Shown here one piece after another: positions 60,957 to 64,000 of a stretch of 64,000 nucleotides of DNA. Numbering within the stretch: the first letter of the stretch is position 1; each line of letters begins with the position of its first letter. The stretch comes from the human T2T-CHM13v2.0 reference genome, Homo sapiens: the NCBI RefSeq assembly GCF_009914755.1, contig NC_060939.1, one strand, 5' to 3'. A model generated the notes under the pieces. It ran no database searches. It saw only the letters and a program-made list of their open reading frames with translations, and had not been told where the DNA came from. The position numbers were made by a program, and so were the translations under genes.

Positions 60957-61479
60957 TTTCCTGAGCACCTTCTCTGTGCTAGGCATGAGGCTGAGCAGGT
61001 TACCTACATTATTTCATTGTATTACATTATTATCCCAACCTCAGAAAGGTTCTGTGATCCACTGAAGGTCCAGCATCGATCTAGCTCCAGCCAGCTGCAG
61101 TGAGGATGAAAGCTGGCATTACACAGTTCTCCGAGGGACAGATTACCTTCTTGTACCTTGTGGATCAAAGCCAAGGACTTTTTCCCAGAGCCCCCCAGCA
61201 ATGGCATAGCTGTGAGCATCCTGTCAAGCCAATGTTAATTAGCTACAGCTCTTAAGAATTCACTAGCACATAAAGTCAAGAAAAAGTCCTTCTACATCAG
61301 AAAAGCATCTTTTGTTATATTTTTTAAATTGTGGTTAAAACCATATATCATAAATGTTACCATCTTAACATTTCTTAACCATTTTTAAGTATACAGTTCA
61401 GTAGCGTTTAGTATATCTGCACTGCTATCAAAGAGATCTCCAGAACTATCTCATCTTGTAGAACTCAAATTCTGTACCT

Positions 61480-61754
61480 GGCCGAGCGCGGTGGCTCACG
61501 CCTGTAATCCCAGCACTTTGTGAGGCTGAGGCGGGTGGATCACTTGAGGTCAGGAGGTTGAGACCAGCCTGGCCAACATGGTGAAACCCCGTCTCTACTA
61601 AAAATACACAAGTTAGCCGAGTGTAGTGGTGGGTGCCTGTAATCCCAGCTACTCAGGAGACTGAAGCAGAAGAATTGCTTGAACCCGGGAGGCGGCGGTC
61701 ACAGTGAGTTGAGATCACGCCACTGCACTCCAGCGGTCTTAAAAAAAAAAAAAA
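61480..61754 (+). mobile_element. AluS with a short deletion before the tail
   Basis: ...cactccagcggtctt-A14; TSD aaa(t/a)tctgtacc. Confidence 0.95.
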
Positions 61755-62483
61755 TCTGTACCCATTGGACAACAGCTCCTTTTTGTCCTCTCTCCCCCAG
61801 CCACCATTCGACTTTCTCTGTCTAGGAATCTGACTGCTTTAGAGGCTTTATATAGGTGGAATCATATAGAATTTGTCCTTTTGTGACGAACTTATTAACT
61901 TACCATAATGTCCTCAGTTCATCCAGGTTGTAGCATATAATGAGATTTTCTTCCTTTTTAAGGAAGTATTCCATTGTGTGTAATACCACATTTTGTTTAT
62001 GTATTTATACATTGACAGATGTTTTGGTTGCTTCCATCTCTTGTCTCTTGTGAACAGTGCCGCTATGAACATGGGTATACAAATATCCCTTTGAGACCCT
62101 GCTTTCAATTCCTTTGGGTATATACCCAGGAGTGGGATTGCTGGATCATATGGTAGTTCTATTTTTAATTTTTTGAGGAACCTCTGTACTGTCCACAGCA
62201 GCTGCACTATTTTATAATCCCACCAACGGTACACAAGAGTCCCAACTTTTCCACACCACCACAAACACTTTTTTTTATAGTAGCCATCCTAATGGGTGTG
62301 AGGCAATATCTCATCATGGTTTTGATTTGCATTTCTCTGATGATTAGTGGTGTTGAGCATCTTTTCATATGCTTGTTGGCCATTTGTATATCACCTTTGG
62401 AAAAACGTCTATTCAAGTCCTTTGTTTAAATTGGGTTATTTGATTTTTTATGTTGAGTTGTAGGAATTCTTTATGTGTTATAA

Positions 62484-63065
<582 letters not shown>

Positions 63066-64000
63066 ATATTCTAACTATTAATCTGTTATCATCTATGTGA
63101 TTTGTAAATATTTTCTCCCATTTCATTATTTTGATTATGTCTTTTGATGAACAGTTTTTCAGTTTGAAGCAGTCTCTGTTCTCTGTTTTTGCTTTTGTTG
63201 AATTTTGTTGTCTGTGCTCTTGATGTCTTAACCAAGAAATTATTGACAAATCCAAAAAATCATAAAGCTTTTCCTTTGATATTGATTTAAAAATGTTTAT
63301 ACCAATATATGTGTCACTGGAACAATCTTACCAACGGTAACTCCATGTAGGTAAAAGATTGTTAGCTAAGTGGGGACGAATGTCTGTGTGGGAGAGTCAC
63401 GGAGCAGTGCGTGTTGGGGGAATGGGCTTACACCCTGGGGATACATAAGGACTGATTTGGGACATAGAGATTAAATATAGTGGATCCACAATTCCTGATG
63501 AATTTATTAATGTTATTGACAGTTATTTGGAGAATGAGGGGGTGCACAGTCTTGGAAAAAGGACACATCATAAAGCATGCAGCCTCTCTTATCTCTCCTT
63601 TCCTTTCTTCTTCCTTCTGCTCTGTGTGAAGTAGCATCTTTTCCTGCCCACTTTTAGATCCCAGAAGCTCAGCTCTGTTTTGGCAAAGTTTCTTCACATT
63701 TTCTCAAAGTAAGTGAATCTCTCCCCACAAAAATTCTTCTACTAGCTACAAAAAGACAAAAGGAGGTATAGTGATTGGTGTGTTTTTATAAGACTCAAGA
63801 TTATATAAAGTATTTTTATATTTATCATTTTAATCAACTATCAGGTTTTTTTTAAAGACCAAAATACCCTATATTCAGACATGTGTTTTGCTCAAGGGCA
63901 CATTCTCACACTTGACCCTGGGCATGCATATACGGATATCTTTCTGGAAGTGGTCTTGCTGGGTCGAAGAGCACGTACATTTTAAATTTTGATGGACTCA

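Noticed and set aside
61914-62416. Peptides resembling a real protein
   Set aside because: Frameshifted L1 ORF2 C-terminal remnants, not a host gene

Overview
Primate (human-like) genomic DNA that is non-coding (intronic or intergenic) and rich in repeats. I count 34 Alu elements or fragments (AluJ/S/Y-like plus one FLAM-like monomer). There are also L1 fragments (L1PA, L1PB, L1M), L2, many MIRs, MaLR/ERVL/ERV1 solo LTRs (THE1, MST, MLT1, MLT2, MER4-group), hAT DNA-transposon relics (MER5, MER3/20, MER58, MER63) and several simple repeats. No protein-coding exon, RNA gene or CRISPR array can be supported. The long ORFs come from Alus, low-complexity sequence or degraded L1 ORF2. I cannot assign the chromosome or host gene from sequence alone. 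Structure not explained by repeat annotation: (1) a set of short local duplications about 0.4-0.9 kb apart, best seen in a 131-bp, 93%-identical inverted repeat (45506-45636 / 46382-46512). One arm sits inside a GA microsatellite, and the loop holds a recursive-splice-like YAG|GT site. (2) An AluY with a duplicated Pol III B-box segment. (3) A twin-primed old L1. (4) Several repeat-free, motif-dense stretches that look like enhancers. Repeat subfamily names come from recalled consensus sequences and need RepeatMasker/Dfam confirmation. Boundaries of the old repeats are approximate. I see no convincing novel biological system, only candidates worth checking.
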